A program made the position numbers and the translations under genes. Below the pieces are notes generated by a model. That model had not been told where the DNA came from. It searched no databases and was given only the letters and a program-made list of their open reading frames with translations. 64,000 nt of DNA from Octopus sinensis (lineage: Eukaryota), in NCBI RefSeq assembly GCF_006345805.1, contig NC_043018.1, forward strand, positions 5,890,001 through 5,954,000. Direction: 5' to 3'. Below, piece after piece: positions 1 to 12,290 of this stretch. Within the stretch, counting starts at the first letter, position 1. Each line of letters starts with the position of its first letter.

Positions 1-986
1 TACTGAGTAATTGTCACATATTATTTTTACAGATATATATATATACATATATATATATATGTACACACACACACACACACACACATTTCTTAATGTTGAA
101 ACATTAATTCCTGAACATTTTTTTTCATTTTCACTCTATTTTTTCCCCTCTAAATCCTTTCTGTTCAAGAGCATAGGTTTGAAATGTCAAAGACTTTTCC
201 ATTCTTCCTTAATGTTTAACAAACAGACTTGCTTGTTGTTTCTTCACCTGTATTCGTCTTCTGTTTTCTGTAAATTTGAATTTTATATATATATATAAAT
301 ATCATCGTCATCGTTTAAATGTCTGTAACTGGCCAAAACTGCAACGATGATCTGGAACTCGACTGACGAGAGAAAGCTCCGAATGACCCATCCATGTTTT
401 TTCCTGTCCTTTTATGTATCGTGTGACTGTCTGAATATTTTGTTGTCGCCTGTTAGGTTCTTGTTCCATTTTTTTTTTTTGTGTGTGTGTCTGTCTGTGT
501 GTGTATATATATATGTGTGTGTGTCAAAAGGAGGAATGAGACAATGAGGAGTAGCAGTTCGAATAGTGAAAATTTGTCATGGCTACTAAGATATCTGTGA
601 TACCTGTGACGGTACTCGAGCTGGCAGAAACGTTAGCACGCTGGTCGAAATGCTTAGCGGTATTTCATCTGCCGTTACGTTGTGAGTTCAAATTTTGCCA
701 AGGTCAACTTTGCCTTTCATCCTTTCGGGGTTGATAAATTAAGTACCAGTTATGCATTGGGGTCGATGTAATCGACTTAATACCTATGTCTGTCCTTGTT
801 TGTCCCCTCTATGTTTAGCCCCTTGTGGGTAATAAAGAAATAGGTACTTTTTAGTACTGGAGGCAAAAACACACACACACACACACAGAGGCCAGATCAA
901 ATGTGGGGTCATGCACTGTTGCTGCATTCATCATTTGTTGCTATATTCTTGGGTCTTCCCTGTTGACCTGTCAAACAGTCTATCTC

Positions 987-1400
987 TGCTGTTGCTGTAC
1001 TTAACTCAATAGGTCTCCTCAAGCACAGCAGGTCGCCCTACGATCCAAGGTACTTTGAATGGGCTGGGACTGGTTATGTCAAGCTGGTGTAGGATATGCC
1101 ATGGACTCACTTTATTTGTCAGGTCTTTGCAGTCACAGCATATGTCCAGAGGTCTTGGTCTTTCGTCATCGCCTCAGTGAGGCCCAACGTTCAAAGGTCA
1201 GGCTTGACCACCTCATCCCATGTCTTCCTGGGTCTACCTCTACCTCGGATTCCTTCAACTGTTTGTGAGTGGCACTTCATCACACATCTTTCCTCATCCA
1301 TCCATAGTATATGACCATACCAGCGCAAACGTCTCTCTTGCACGCCACATCCGATGCTTCTTATGTCCAACAGTTATCTCAGAACACTTCGTGTGTGATT
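987..1400 (-). mobile_element. RTE LINE 3' fragment
   Basis: Reverse complement of the same GRGRPRKTWDEVV segment seen at 9728-10153. Confidence 0.8.
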
Positions 1401-2402
1401 ATTTAACAAGACTATCTTTTTCTAATATGTAGGGTAGTACAGAGGAGCCTGGCGTAGTGGTTAGGGTGCTAAACTCAAAGATTGCAAGATTGTGATTCTG
1501 CTTCCTGGAACAGGTAGTGAGTGGAGTTTTGAGGAAAATACTTCAATTCCCATTGCTCTACAATCACTTCAACAGCTAATGTAAGGCACATTTCTTCACC
1601 TGTACAGGTAATGTCGATTTGATGGAAGGAAAAAGCTAAGATATAACACAAACATTTGATCACTAGAAACAAATCATTCTGTGCATGTTGTTCAACAAAA
1701 AACGGCAGAACCCTCACCTGTCCTTTACAAAAGGAGAGTCTACCACAGGGGCTGAGAATCAAGATATTGGAACTGGTACAGAGGAAGATAAACAAGTTCT
1801 AAACACATTTGCACTAGACTAAGCACAAAAGGCATTGTTGATACAGTTAAGAAAGAGCACCTGATGACCCCTGTTTTGCAGTTAGATGTCAAGCAGTGAT
1901 GGGGAAGGGAAGTAATTCATGACTGAAGGCAAGAATCTAGATTCGCTTGTCCCAATAACTTCTATGGTTTGTGTCCTCGTAAGGTAAAGATATTTTTCCT
2001 GTAACCAAGCAGAGACACTTGGAAATAAGAGGTATTCACAGTCTCAAACTATCAAAAGGAGTGCCAGAACTAACAATAGAGCCTTACGCCATCATTTTAC
2101 CTGACAAGGATAGTAGCAAAATCTTCAGGTATTCCACTGTTGGATGAAATATCTGAAGATAATCAGTCAGTCACTAGGACACTACTCTTGAATCCTAAAT
2201 CTCATCAGGCTGGTTACCCAGTTTCCATGGTATTACCCCTGGATAGGACCCCAGTCTGTTACAGGGTTACTCATTTACAGCTGAATATATATATACACAC
2301 ACACACATATATACATACATATATATAGGCAATTATGCAGATAAACAAATTAGATACATCAAATATATTTGATGTATCTAATTTGTTTATCTGCATAATT
2401 GC

Positions 2403-2441
<39 letters not shown>

Positions 2442-2455
2442 TAAATACACACATA

Positions 2456-2847
2456 TACTCTTTTACTTGTTTCAGTCATTTGACTGCGGCCATGCTGGAG
2501 CACCGCCTTTAGTCGAGCAAATCGACCCCGGGACTTATTCTTTGTAAGCCCAGTACTTATTCTATCGGTCTCTTTTGCCGAACCGCTAAGTGACGGGGAC
2601 ATAAACACACCAGCATCGGTTGTCAAGCAATGCTAGGGGGACAAACAGACACAAAACATATACACACACATAAATATATATATACGACAGGCTTCTCTCA
2701 GTTTCCATCTACCAAATCCACTCACAAGGCATTGGTCGGCCCAAGGCTATAGCAGAAGACACTTGCCCAAGATGCGAGGCAGTGGGACTGAACCCGGAAT
2801 CATGTGGTTGGTAAGCAAGCTACTTACCACACAGCCACTCCTGCGCC
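2456..2847 (-). mobile_element. Family-B tRNA-derived SINE, representative copy (others at ~4926-5297, 6795-7115, 8548-8850, 19025-19410, 21382-21781, 39845-40165, 43110-43660, 59505-59873, 63267-63450)
   Basis: Recurrent ~380-bp unit: GTGGCTGTGTGGTAAG (A box), GGTTCAGTCCC (B box), central (TA/TG)n, tail GACTGAAACAAGTAAAAGAGT. Confidence 0.88.
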
Positions 2848-2968
2848 CAAAGTCTCTCTCTCTATATATATATTTATATATGTATGTATGTATGTATGTA
2901 TTTATATATATGTATGAGTACACACACACACACACACTTTTAAAATTGGAAAATAAATTTAAACTTAC

Positions 2969-3130
2969 ATTTCTGCAGCAACTCTGCCCTTAAGGTAGCA
3001 GACTTGGGTTTTCGTTTCAGGGCAAAATGTTTCACAGGTTGAGGTAATTGGCCGGCCACAGAAAGCAGAGCTGTCTTGTTCAGGAACTGACATTCTATCG
3101 GCAACATTCGGTTATCGACATTCTTCCGTA
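2969..3130 (-). CDS. NELFA: NELF-A coding exon 3 (VRKNVDNRMLPIECQFLNK...KHFALKRKPKSATLRAELLQK)
   Basis: Near-identical to the NELF-A motif MLPLECQYLNK...PVKHFQLKRKPKSATLRAELLQK. TTCAG acceptor, GTAAGT donor. The remaining exons presumably lie left of the window. Confidence 0.95.
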
Positions 3131-5656
3131 CTGAATACAAGAAATAACAAACAAAAAAACCATTTTAAGTTCCTCAATTCCTTTTGATTATGATCTGGCT
3201 ACATAAAGTAAAGCAGTGCCCATTGACCTTTCCACAAGACCCCTTCTCCCTACGTTGAAACACTCAAAATAACACTGGTGACACTAATCAGAGTGATGCA
3301 ATTGATGTCTCATGTTAGAAGAAATTTATCTGAACGTAGACAGATAAGTGTCCTCATAACTCTTCTACTAAATTTTGTTCAATGCGACTAGTGATTCTGA
3401 ATTCCTCATGCATTTTTTTATCATTTAAGCCTGAGAAAGGGATACTTCTTCACTAGTCAGTTAAGGTGAGACAGTGTCACGTGACAACTTGCTGGGGCTG
3501 CCTGCTGGAGCCTAGCAGCAGGTATTTAAAGGGAAGAAATTGACAAGTCAGTCAGTCACCAGCTGACACTCGCTGACGATACATCGAAGAGGCCAGGGAA
3601 CAGAAGAAAGAAGACATGCACCCAACACCAGAACTGAAGACACCTCCGAAAGGTGGGGGCCAGCCACGTCAAAACGGTAGAGGAGTAGGGGCCGAAACTG
3701 GACGTGGTTCCGTCTGATGATGTCTTGAGCTAACTGGATCCTATAAAGGAGCTGTTGTGGTAGCAGACCACGAAACACGGTTGTAATTCCTTCCTTAATT
3801 TTAAAATTAAAAAGTTTATCTTAATTGAGGGTGAATAGGAGCCTTACTGCCCCCCTTAAGGTCGTAGCTATTTTGATGTAACTTTTTTTCTACTGAACCA
3901 AATCTCAAACTATTTATGCCAAAATGTAGCTGAGGAAGTGTCCTCTTTAAAACTGTTAACAGTTTGCAATTTAGTTGAGAACTGAATTAGTGGTGAAGCT
4001 TGGAAGCTACTGCGATTGACGAAATGGTGGACTTGAGAATATATTCAACCACTATCATGGTTGAATGATATATCTTTTAGTGTGGTAGTATCTCCCTTTG
4101 ATCACTGTAAACGCCACCTGTTTTCGTTTTGTGTGCTGTAACCCACCCTTTGATATTGTATTCAAGTCTTGGGCCCTTGTGGCCAAAAAAAAAATAATAA
4201 TAATTTCCTTTGAAATACACTGCAAGCATGGAAAATCATCATCGTTTAACGTATGCTTTCCATGCTGGCATGGGTCGGACAGTTTGACATGGAGCTGGAT
4301 AGCAGGGAGCTGTCCTGACTGCAAACGTCTCCTGTGGCATGGTTTCTACAGCTGGATGCCCTTCCTGATGCAAACTACTTAAACAGAGTGTGCTGGGTGC
4401 TTTATTACGTACCACTGGCATGGTGGATGTTAAAACAAAGATGATGCTATGTACAGAGCAACAGACCTGTGGTTGACACCAAATGGTTGGACTTACAACT
4501 TGCAACCATAGATGCCAAATGATCATCAGTATCACATTTCTAATGTCCATTTTTCCATGTCTTCATGGAGTTTATTGAGGCAGACTCTTTCCTACAGTTG
4601 GATGCCCTTGCTATCACCAACTCTCACCTCTTTCCAGGCAAGGGAACCTTCTCCCCATGGCTGGACAGGTTTCCACAGAATATTTCGAATGAATGGGTTC
4701 TATGATAGTGAAAATCATATTACAACTAATCACATAATGTCAAGACAAGGAGATACATCGACAGAAAAGAAACACACAGAGGCTTGGGTTGGTCCAAGGA
4801 TATAGAAGATACTAACCCAAGGTCTCTCAATGTGGAACTGAAACTGGAACCATGATGTTGGGAAGCAAATTTCTTACCACAAAGCCATGCTTGTGCCTAT
4901 ATGCAAATATGATAAAGTTTGATCCTTACTCTTTTACTTGTTTCAGTCATTTGACTGTGGCCATGCTGGAGTACCACCTTTAGTCGAACATATCGACCCC
5001 AGGACTTATTCTTTGTAAGCCTAGTACTTATTCTATTAGTCGCTTTTGCCGAACCGCTAAGTTACGGGGATGTAAACACACCAGCATCGGTTGTCAAGTG
5101 AAGTTGGGGGGGGGGGGCAAACACACATATATATACATATAAACGACGAGCTTCTTTCAGTTTCCGTCTACCAAATCTACTCACAAGGCTTTGGTCAGCT
5201 CAAGGCTATAGTAGAAGACACTTGCCCAAGGTGCCACGCAGAGGGACTGAACCCAGAACCATGTGATTGGTAAGCAAGCTATTTACCACACAGCCATTCC
5301 TAAGCCAGGACCCCAGGACCCATTCTTTGTAAGCCTAGTACACGAGCTGTTTATTACAACAACCAAACCCTCATTCCATTTGTATGGGTTGATTTTCTTA
5401 GTTAGGCCCTGCTTACTGCGTTCTCTTCACTGCAGATCCAGCTGGGTCAACAGCTCATAATGGCCAACCAAATTCCACACAGCTACGGCCAGACGAAGAA
5501 GTGTTTCGCAGAGGTAGTGACTGACAGACAGATTCTGCTCAACAAGTCACCTGCGAGGACACAGGAATATACCGACAACAACCAACAGAACACAAACAAA
5601 CCAACACCGGGGACACTTACATGTACTTAAATGACTATGCGGAGGGACATACTAAC

Positions 5657-5825
5657 CGACTTTCTTCAAGTCTGCAAGAATTTCAGCAAATGCGCTGTTG
5701 TTCTCCAGATCAAGTTTGAGGGCACCTGTCTCTGGGAATGTCTGTAGAATTTCTGCAACAGTCGAAACCCAGTGGTCACTGTCACCTGATGCTATTGTTA
5801 GTATTTCTTCCATTTCTTTTTGCCA
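5657..5825 (-). CDS. NELFA: NELF-A coding exon 2 (WQKEMEEILTIASGDSDHWVSTVAEIL...LADLKKV)
   Basis: Resembles NELF-A ASLDSDPWVLMVADILKSFPDTGSLNL. Polypyrimidine tract and CAG acceptor, GTTAGT donor, 169 nt; phase fits exons 1 and 3. Confidence 0.93.
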
Positions 5826-6369
5826 CTGTTGAAAAAAAGAAAATAGGGAGTTTAGAGATGAAGATGATGGCAACAGAATGAAACAAGTTCTGGGTCTTCA
5901 GAAACATGTCTGCTTGTATGTATGTATGCATGTATGTATGTCTACTTGTGTCTGTCTATGTATGTATGCATGCATGCATGTATGTATGTATAAATGTATG
6001 CATGCATCTATGTATGTCTGCTTGTGTCTGTCTCTATGTATGCATGTATGTATGTATGTATGTATGCATGCATATATGTATGTATGTATGTCTGCTTGTG
6101 TGTCTATCTGTCTGTATGTATGCATGTATCTATGTATGTCTGCTTGTGTGTCTGTCTGTATGTATGTAAAGTATAATCTGTTTATTATGGAATGAAGGAG
6201 CTCGTTATACTGTTATCGAAATTCAAAGGTACAAAAAAGTAAAAATAAAATAAAATAGATAAAAAATAAATTAAAAAAAATTCGAGACATTATATTCACT
6301 GAAGAATGTTATTGATTATTGGTAATTAAAACCTTCCATCTCAAAGTGATCAACATAAGTGACTTCTAC

Positions 6370-6404
<35 letters not shown>

Positions 6405-7565
6405 GGAAACACGTGCATATAAATATGCATACTGTGTGGCACCTTGGACAACACGTGTGTGTGTGTGTGTGCGTGCGTATGTATGTGTGTTTGTCCCTCA
6501 ACACCCACCACTTAACTGGTGTTGGTTTGTTTATGTCCCTATAAACTAGTGGTTCAGCAAACGAGATCAACAAAAACAAAATACACCAGACATAAAAAAA
6601 CAAGTACTGGGGATTGGTTTTTTTCAGCTAAACCCTTCAAGACACTGCTCCAGCATGGCCACAGTCCAATGACTGAAACATGTTCTGTTCAGAGTCATCT
6701 TCCCATCATTTATATTTTGTGGCACCAGCACTGGTGAGGTTACTAAGTACCCACAACACAAAAGCCCTCAAATTAGGAGGGCATACTGTTGTGTAGTGGC
6801 TGTGTGGTAAGTAGCTTGTTTCTCAACCATATGGTTCCAGGTTCAGTCCCACTGCATGGCACCTTGGGCAAGTGTCTTCTTCTATAGCCTTGGGCCAACC
6901 AAATCCTTGTGAGTGGATTTGGTAGAGAAAACTGAAAGAAGCCTGTCGTATATGTATCATATATATATATTTGTAACTGTGTTTGTCCCCCCTCCGTTGT
7001 TTGACAACTGATGTTGGTCTGTTTACATCCCTGTAACTTAGCAGTTTGGCAGAATAGACCGAGAGAATAAGTCCTGGGGTCAATTGTTTTGACTGAAACA
7101 AGTAAAAGATTAAAAGAATATGATGGATTCTCTCATCATTGTCGTCCTCCACCTCATCATCATATCATGTCTATCTTCCACGTATGCATGGGTAGGATGG
7201 TTGATCGGAGCTGGACAGGTAGAAGACTACACCAGGCTTCAGTGTCTGTTTTGGCAGGGTTTTTATGGCTGGATGCCCTTCCTAACACCAACCACTCTGC
7301 AAAGTGCTTTTTATGTGGTACTAGCACACAGGCAAGGTTAGTTTTGGCATGATTTTTACAGCTGGATGCCCTTCCAAATGCCAACCACTTTACAGTTTGG
7401 ACAGGAAGCTTTTTACATGACACCAGCACTGGCAGGGTCACCAAGTAACTTGCAAGACAAAGAATTTTGAGAGGAGCAGGGGCATTTGAGGAGGGGAACT
7501 TGTGTTGGAGGATGAAATATTAGAGTGTGACAGAGAGACGGAAACAGCTACCTTGCTATACATAT

Positions 7566-7620
<55 letters not shown>

Positions 7621-7626
<6 letters not shown>

Positions 7627-8290
7627 TAAATAAATGGAGTTTAACGCAGGTAAAATCAAATATTTTTACTTTCGACACATGTTTCGAAAATTCCACTGAT
7701 ATTATTCAAAAGAATAAATGGTATAAACAATGCAATCTTCTCTTCAGGAAAGTGAAAAAACGAAACTCGTCAATAAGACATTTTAGCATTAATATTGTTT
7801 AAAAAAACGTTATATGATATAACGTCATAAGTAGCTAACAGAAAGAGTAGGGATATTAATAGTGAATGTTAAATATAAAGGAAATTAATGTTTAAATTAT
7901 ATATAATAATAGAGACTACTTATATGCACTAAAGGTGTGTTTTTGCCAATGTTTACATCTGCATATTCGCTCTATAACCATGTTTACTAGAGGATTTTTA
8001 GAAAAAATAATGAAAAATAGCTCAGAATTACAGAGAATTCCTTGCCTTTGTCATAAGGTATCGAGATTGAGAGAATCAACCATTCTAAATGAAATTGTTC
8101 ATTGTGGTCTTTGATTTATACCTGAGTTAAACTCCATTTATTTATTCATATATTATAGAAAAAATTCCACGTAAACACGAAGTTTCTACCTTTATAAACA
8201 AGGAGTTACAACCTCTTTACTTGTGAGATTTTTGCTACCCTGGTAACTATTTATTTATTTTTTCTGTGTTAATTGTTAACAAGGTAAAAA
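7621..8290 (-). mobile_element. Decayed PLE fragment with hammerhead and inverted tail
   Basis: Remnant KDHNEQFHLEWLILSISIPYDKG resembles the endonuclease C-terminus at 32442-32767. 7621-7660 and 8110-8150 form an inverted repeat. Abuts (TA)n. Confidence 0.6.
7668..7753 (-). ncRNA. Type I hammerhead ribozyme (PLE-associated), sense to NELFA intron 1
   Basis: Minus strand reads ACTTTC-CTGAAGA-GAAGATT...AATTTTC-GAAA-C-ATGT-GTC-GAAAGT: 6-bp stem I, full core, canonical G10.1-C11.1 pair, GUC cleavage triplet. Confidence 0.8.
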
Positions 8291-9686
8291 TACACTCATC
8301 TATTTATATACATACACACATTATAAATATATATACACACATATTGCTCTAGTTGACCAGACTATAAAATGTCCTTATACACACACATCATCAGGGCTAC
8401 ATAATTTAGGTGACCAATTTGGCAAAGTGGTTAGCATAGCTACATAGTCCACAGCGGATGCCGTGTTTAAATCCTGCAAGTGATGTTACAACTTTCCCAT
8501 TTTCATCTAAAATATTATATGTATGTATGTATGTGTATATATACAGGAATGGCTGTGTGGTAAGTAGCTTGCTTACCAACCACATGGTTCGGAGTTCATT
8601 CCCACTGCATGGCACTTTGCCTCAGGCCGACGAAAGCCTTGTGAGTGGATTTGGTAGACGGAAACTGAAAGAAGCCTGTCGTATATATGTATATGTATAT
8701 ATGTGTGTGTTTGTGTGTCTGTGTTGGTCCCCACCCCAACATCACTTGACAACCGATGTTGGTGTGTTTACATCCCCGTAACTTAGCGTTTCGGCAAAAG
8801 AGACCGATAGAATAAGTACTAGACTTACAAAAAATAAGTCCTGGGGTCGACTAAAGGCAGTGATACATGATACATGTTTTAGAAGTGTTGTGTTGTATGG
8901 TAATGAGAAAACGGTGTTGAATGTAAAGAATTGAAAAATCTAAATGGAAATGAGACAAGTAAGCTAGAAGGACCAAGAGAGCAATGTGTGGCGTGAAACT
9001 ATTGGATAAAAGGAGGGCTGAGGACTTGATGGGGATGCTGGGGTTGGAGGAATAGCTGGTAAGGGCGAGTGGAGTGTGGTGGTAAGGACATTTGTTGAGG
9101 ATAGATGAGGATCATGTTCTGAGGAGGGTGCTTGAGTTTAAAGTGAATGAACCATGAAAGCAATGTTGACCAAAGAAAACGTGGGAGGAGATTAGGAGGA
9201 TTGGCTTGAGGAGGGAGGTCACCCAAAACCGGGCAAGATGGCAGGATGATGTGAAAATGGTTGCTGTAAGAGTAAGGTAGATCCAGCAACCCCTGTTAAC
9301 GGGGACAAAAAAAGCAAAAAAAAAAAAAGCTCCACCGGACGTATAATGCTAGTATGCAACAATGTCAGAGTACGAATGAACTGAAAGGAAAACTAGGAAT
9401 AAGCGGAATCCAGTCTTGTGTACAAGAGATAAGATTATACTTATATAAGCATGTGATGTGTGTGTGTATATTTATCTTTTATTGTTTACCTGTTTCAGTC
9501 ATTACACTGTGGCCATGCTAGGGCACTGCCTTGAAGAATTTTTAGTCAAATGTATCAACCCCAGGATTTATTCTATTGTCCTCTTTTGTTGAACCACTAA
9601 GTTACGGGGACATGAACACACCAGCACCAGTTGACAAGCAGGGGTGGGGAACAAACACATATACACAAATAAATAAGTATATATAT

Positions 9687-9727
<41 letters not shown>

Positions 9728-9731
<4 letters not shown>

Positions 9732-10863
9732 TGGTGACAAAAGGCCTCTCGCTCAGAGTAAAAGGCAGACTGTATGATGCATGTGTACGTACAGCCATGC
9801 TACATGGTAGTGAAACATGGGCTGTGACTGCTGAGGATATGCGTAAGCTCGCAAGAAATGAAGCTAGTATGCTCCGATGGATGTGTAATGTCAGTGAGAG
9901 AAAAGTTGAACCTAAGAAGCAAGAGAGACGTCTGCGCTGGTATGAGCATGTGACGAGAGTGGGTGAAGATAGTTGTGTGCAAAAGTGCTACACCCTAGCA
10001 ATTGAGGGAATCTGTGGAAGAGGTAGACCCAGGAAAACCTGGGACGAGGTGGTGAAGCACGACCTTCGAACTTTAGGTCTCACCAAGGAAATGACTAGAG
10101 ACCGAGACCTATGGAAGTATGCTGTGTGTGAGAAGACCCGGCAAGACCAGTGAGAACAGTCAAAATCAAACCAAATCAACATCAGTGGAAATTGCAGCTG
10201 TGGTTAAGCGAACCATCCGATCGTTTGTCCGTTGCCAGCCTTGCCTGGCCCCCGTGCCGTTGGCACGTAAAAGCACCATCCGCTCGTGTCCATTGCCAGC
10301 CCCGCCTGGCCCCCGTGCTGGTAGCACGTAAAAGCACCATCCGTTCGTGTCCGTTGCCAGCCTCGCCTGGCCCCGTGCCGTTGGCATGTAAAAGCACCAT
10401 CCGCTCGTGTCCGTTGCCAGCCTCGCCTGGCCCCCGTGCCGGTAGCACATAAAAGCACCATCCGTTCGTGTCCGTTGCCAGCCTCGCCTGGCTCCCGTGC
10501 TGTTGGCATGTAAAAGCACCATCCGCTCGTGTCTGTTGCCAGCCTTGCCTGGCCCCCGTGCCGGTAGCACATAAAAGCACCATCTGTTCATGTCCGTTGC
10601 CAGCCTGGCCTGGCCCCCGTGCCGGTGGCACGTAAAAACACCATCTGTTCGTGGCTGTTTGCCAGCTCTGTCTGGCACCTGTGCAGGTGGCACGTAAAAA
10701 GCACCCACTACACTCACGGAGTGGTTGGCGTTAGGAAGGGCAACCAGCCGTAGAAACACTGCCAAATCTGACTGGGCCTGATGAAGCCTTCAGGCTTCAC
10801 AGACCCCAGTTAAACCGTCCAACCCATGCTAGCATGGAAAACGGACGCTAAATGATGATGATG
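9728..10863 (+). mobile_element. RTE-clade LINE 3' end: ORF2 C-terminus, 3' UTR with 60-bp VNTR, (ATG)n tail
   Basis: KGRLYDACVRTAMLHGSETW...RLRWYEHV...GRGRPRKTW motifs, followed by tandem repeats and a (GAT)n tail. Confidence 0.88.
10210..10690 (+). repeat. GC-rich minisatellite, 7 copies plus 1 diverged copy of a 60-61-bp unit
   Basis: Unit GCACGTAAAAGCACCATCCGTTCGTGTCCGTTGCCAGCCTCGCCTGGCCCCCGTGCCGGTA. Confidence 0.95.
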
Positions 10864-10873
10864 ATATATACAT

Positions 10874-10904
<31 letters not shown>

Positions 10905-12086
10905 CGATGGGCTTCTTTCAGTTTCTGTTGACCCAAACAACTCTCAAGGCTTTGGTCAGCCTGAGGCTATAGTAGAAGACACGTGCCCAAGGTGCCACAG
11001 TGGGACTAAACCCGGAATCATGCGGTTGGGAAGTAAGCTTCATACCACACAGCCATAAGTATAAATAAATAAAAATATATATATATATAGACATAAATAA
11101 ATAAATAATATATATAGTACCCACTACACTCATGGAGTTGTTGGCGTTAGGAAGGGCATCCAGCCGTAGAAACGTTGCCAGATCAGACTGGGCCTGGTGC
11201 AGCCTTCTGACTTCCCAGACCCCAGTTGAACCGTCCAACCCATGCCAGCATGGAAAGCAGACGCTAAACGATGATGATATATATATATATACACACACAC
11301 ACATCATCATTTTGCCTCTGCTTTCCATGCCGGCATGGGTCAGACAGTTTGGCTGAAACTGGTAAGCCAGAGAGCCACACCAAGTTCCTGTCTGGTTTGT
11401 CATGGTATCCATGGCTGGATGCCTTTCCAAATGCCAACCACTCCTACAGTGTAATGGGCAGCTCTTTAGGTGTCTGTTACATGACAAAGGTATCGGCCAC
11501 AACTAGGATTTCACTTGGCTTGCCGAGTCTTCTCAAACATGGCATATCGCCAACAGTCTCGGTCACTTGTCATTGCCTCCATGTTCGAAGGGTGCTCTGA
11601 TTGTGTCACTGGCACAGGTACTAATTGTAGACTCTGTATGCCAATCTCTAAAACAGTACCTTTCTAAATTTGCTCTAATACACACCTGAGACATGGAATA
11701 CTATGAAGAACGAAGAATAACTGGTTACAGCAGAGAAGGCCATGGAAGGATCTATGTTAGGAATACCATTTCAGGAGTATATCTGAAGTGTGGTGATTTG
11801 AGAATGAAGTGGAGCAATAGGTGTGATCGTAGAATGCCAAAAGCTTTTGAACTAATTTTTAAAACTAATATTGAACCTTGGATAGTTTAAGAGGTGGGTA
11901 AAACGGAGATCAATATTAACGATATGGAAATACTAGCATATAATGAGCTTATGGTATAAAGTGTTCAGTAAAGTTTAAAAGAGGAGACAGGAAGCAGACA
12001 TATAAGTTAAGTAAAGGAAGATAGCAATAAAAGCTAGGAGTACAAGCACAGAATACAGAATAAAATGTGAGAAGATAGAGAAGATA

Positions 12087-12162
12087 GCTCGGGCCAGTAG
12101 GTGGGTGCTGTGGCGTGCATGGAAGCCACAGGCGCAAGCCCGGGTGAAGCCGACCGCAGGTG

Positions 12163-12194
<32 letters not shown>

Positions 12195-12290
12195 AAGACC
12201 TTCAAAGACTGAAGTGGAGAAAGGTTCCGTGCCAACGGCAGTTGAGCACGGATCAGTCGGTCGTAAGAAGCGGGCGAAAACTTCCACAAA
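12087..12290 (+). pseudogene. 28S (LSU) rRNA fragment inside NELFA intron 1
   Basis: Contains the universal LSU motif GGTGCAGATCTTGGTGGTAGTAGCAAATATTC...GAAGTGGAGAAAGGTTCC...GCAGTTGA...TCAGTCGGTC. Only about 200 bp; no other rDNA is visible around it. Confidence 0.88.

Noticed and set aside
1475-2328. Further NELFA exon left of 2969
   Set aside because: I found no frame resembling the next NELF-A segment with credible splice sites. It probably lies outside the window.
10150-10765. Long repetitive ORFs and apparent CRISPR-like periodicity
   Set aside because: Contiguous tandem units with no unique spacers, lying in a LINE 3' UTR in a eukaryotic genome. No cas genes.
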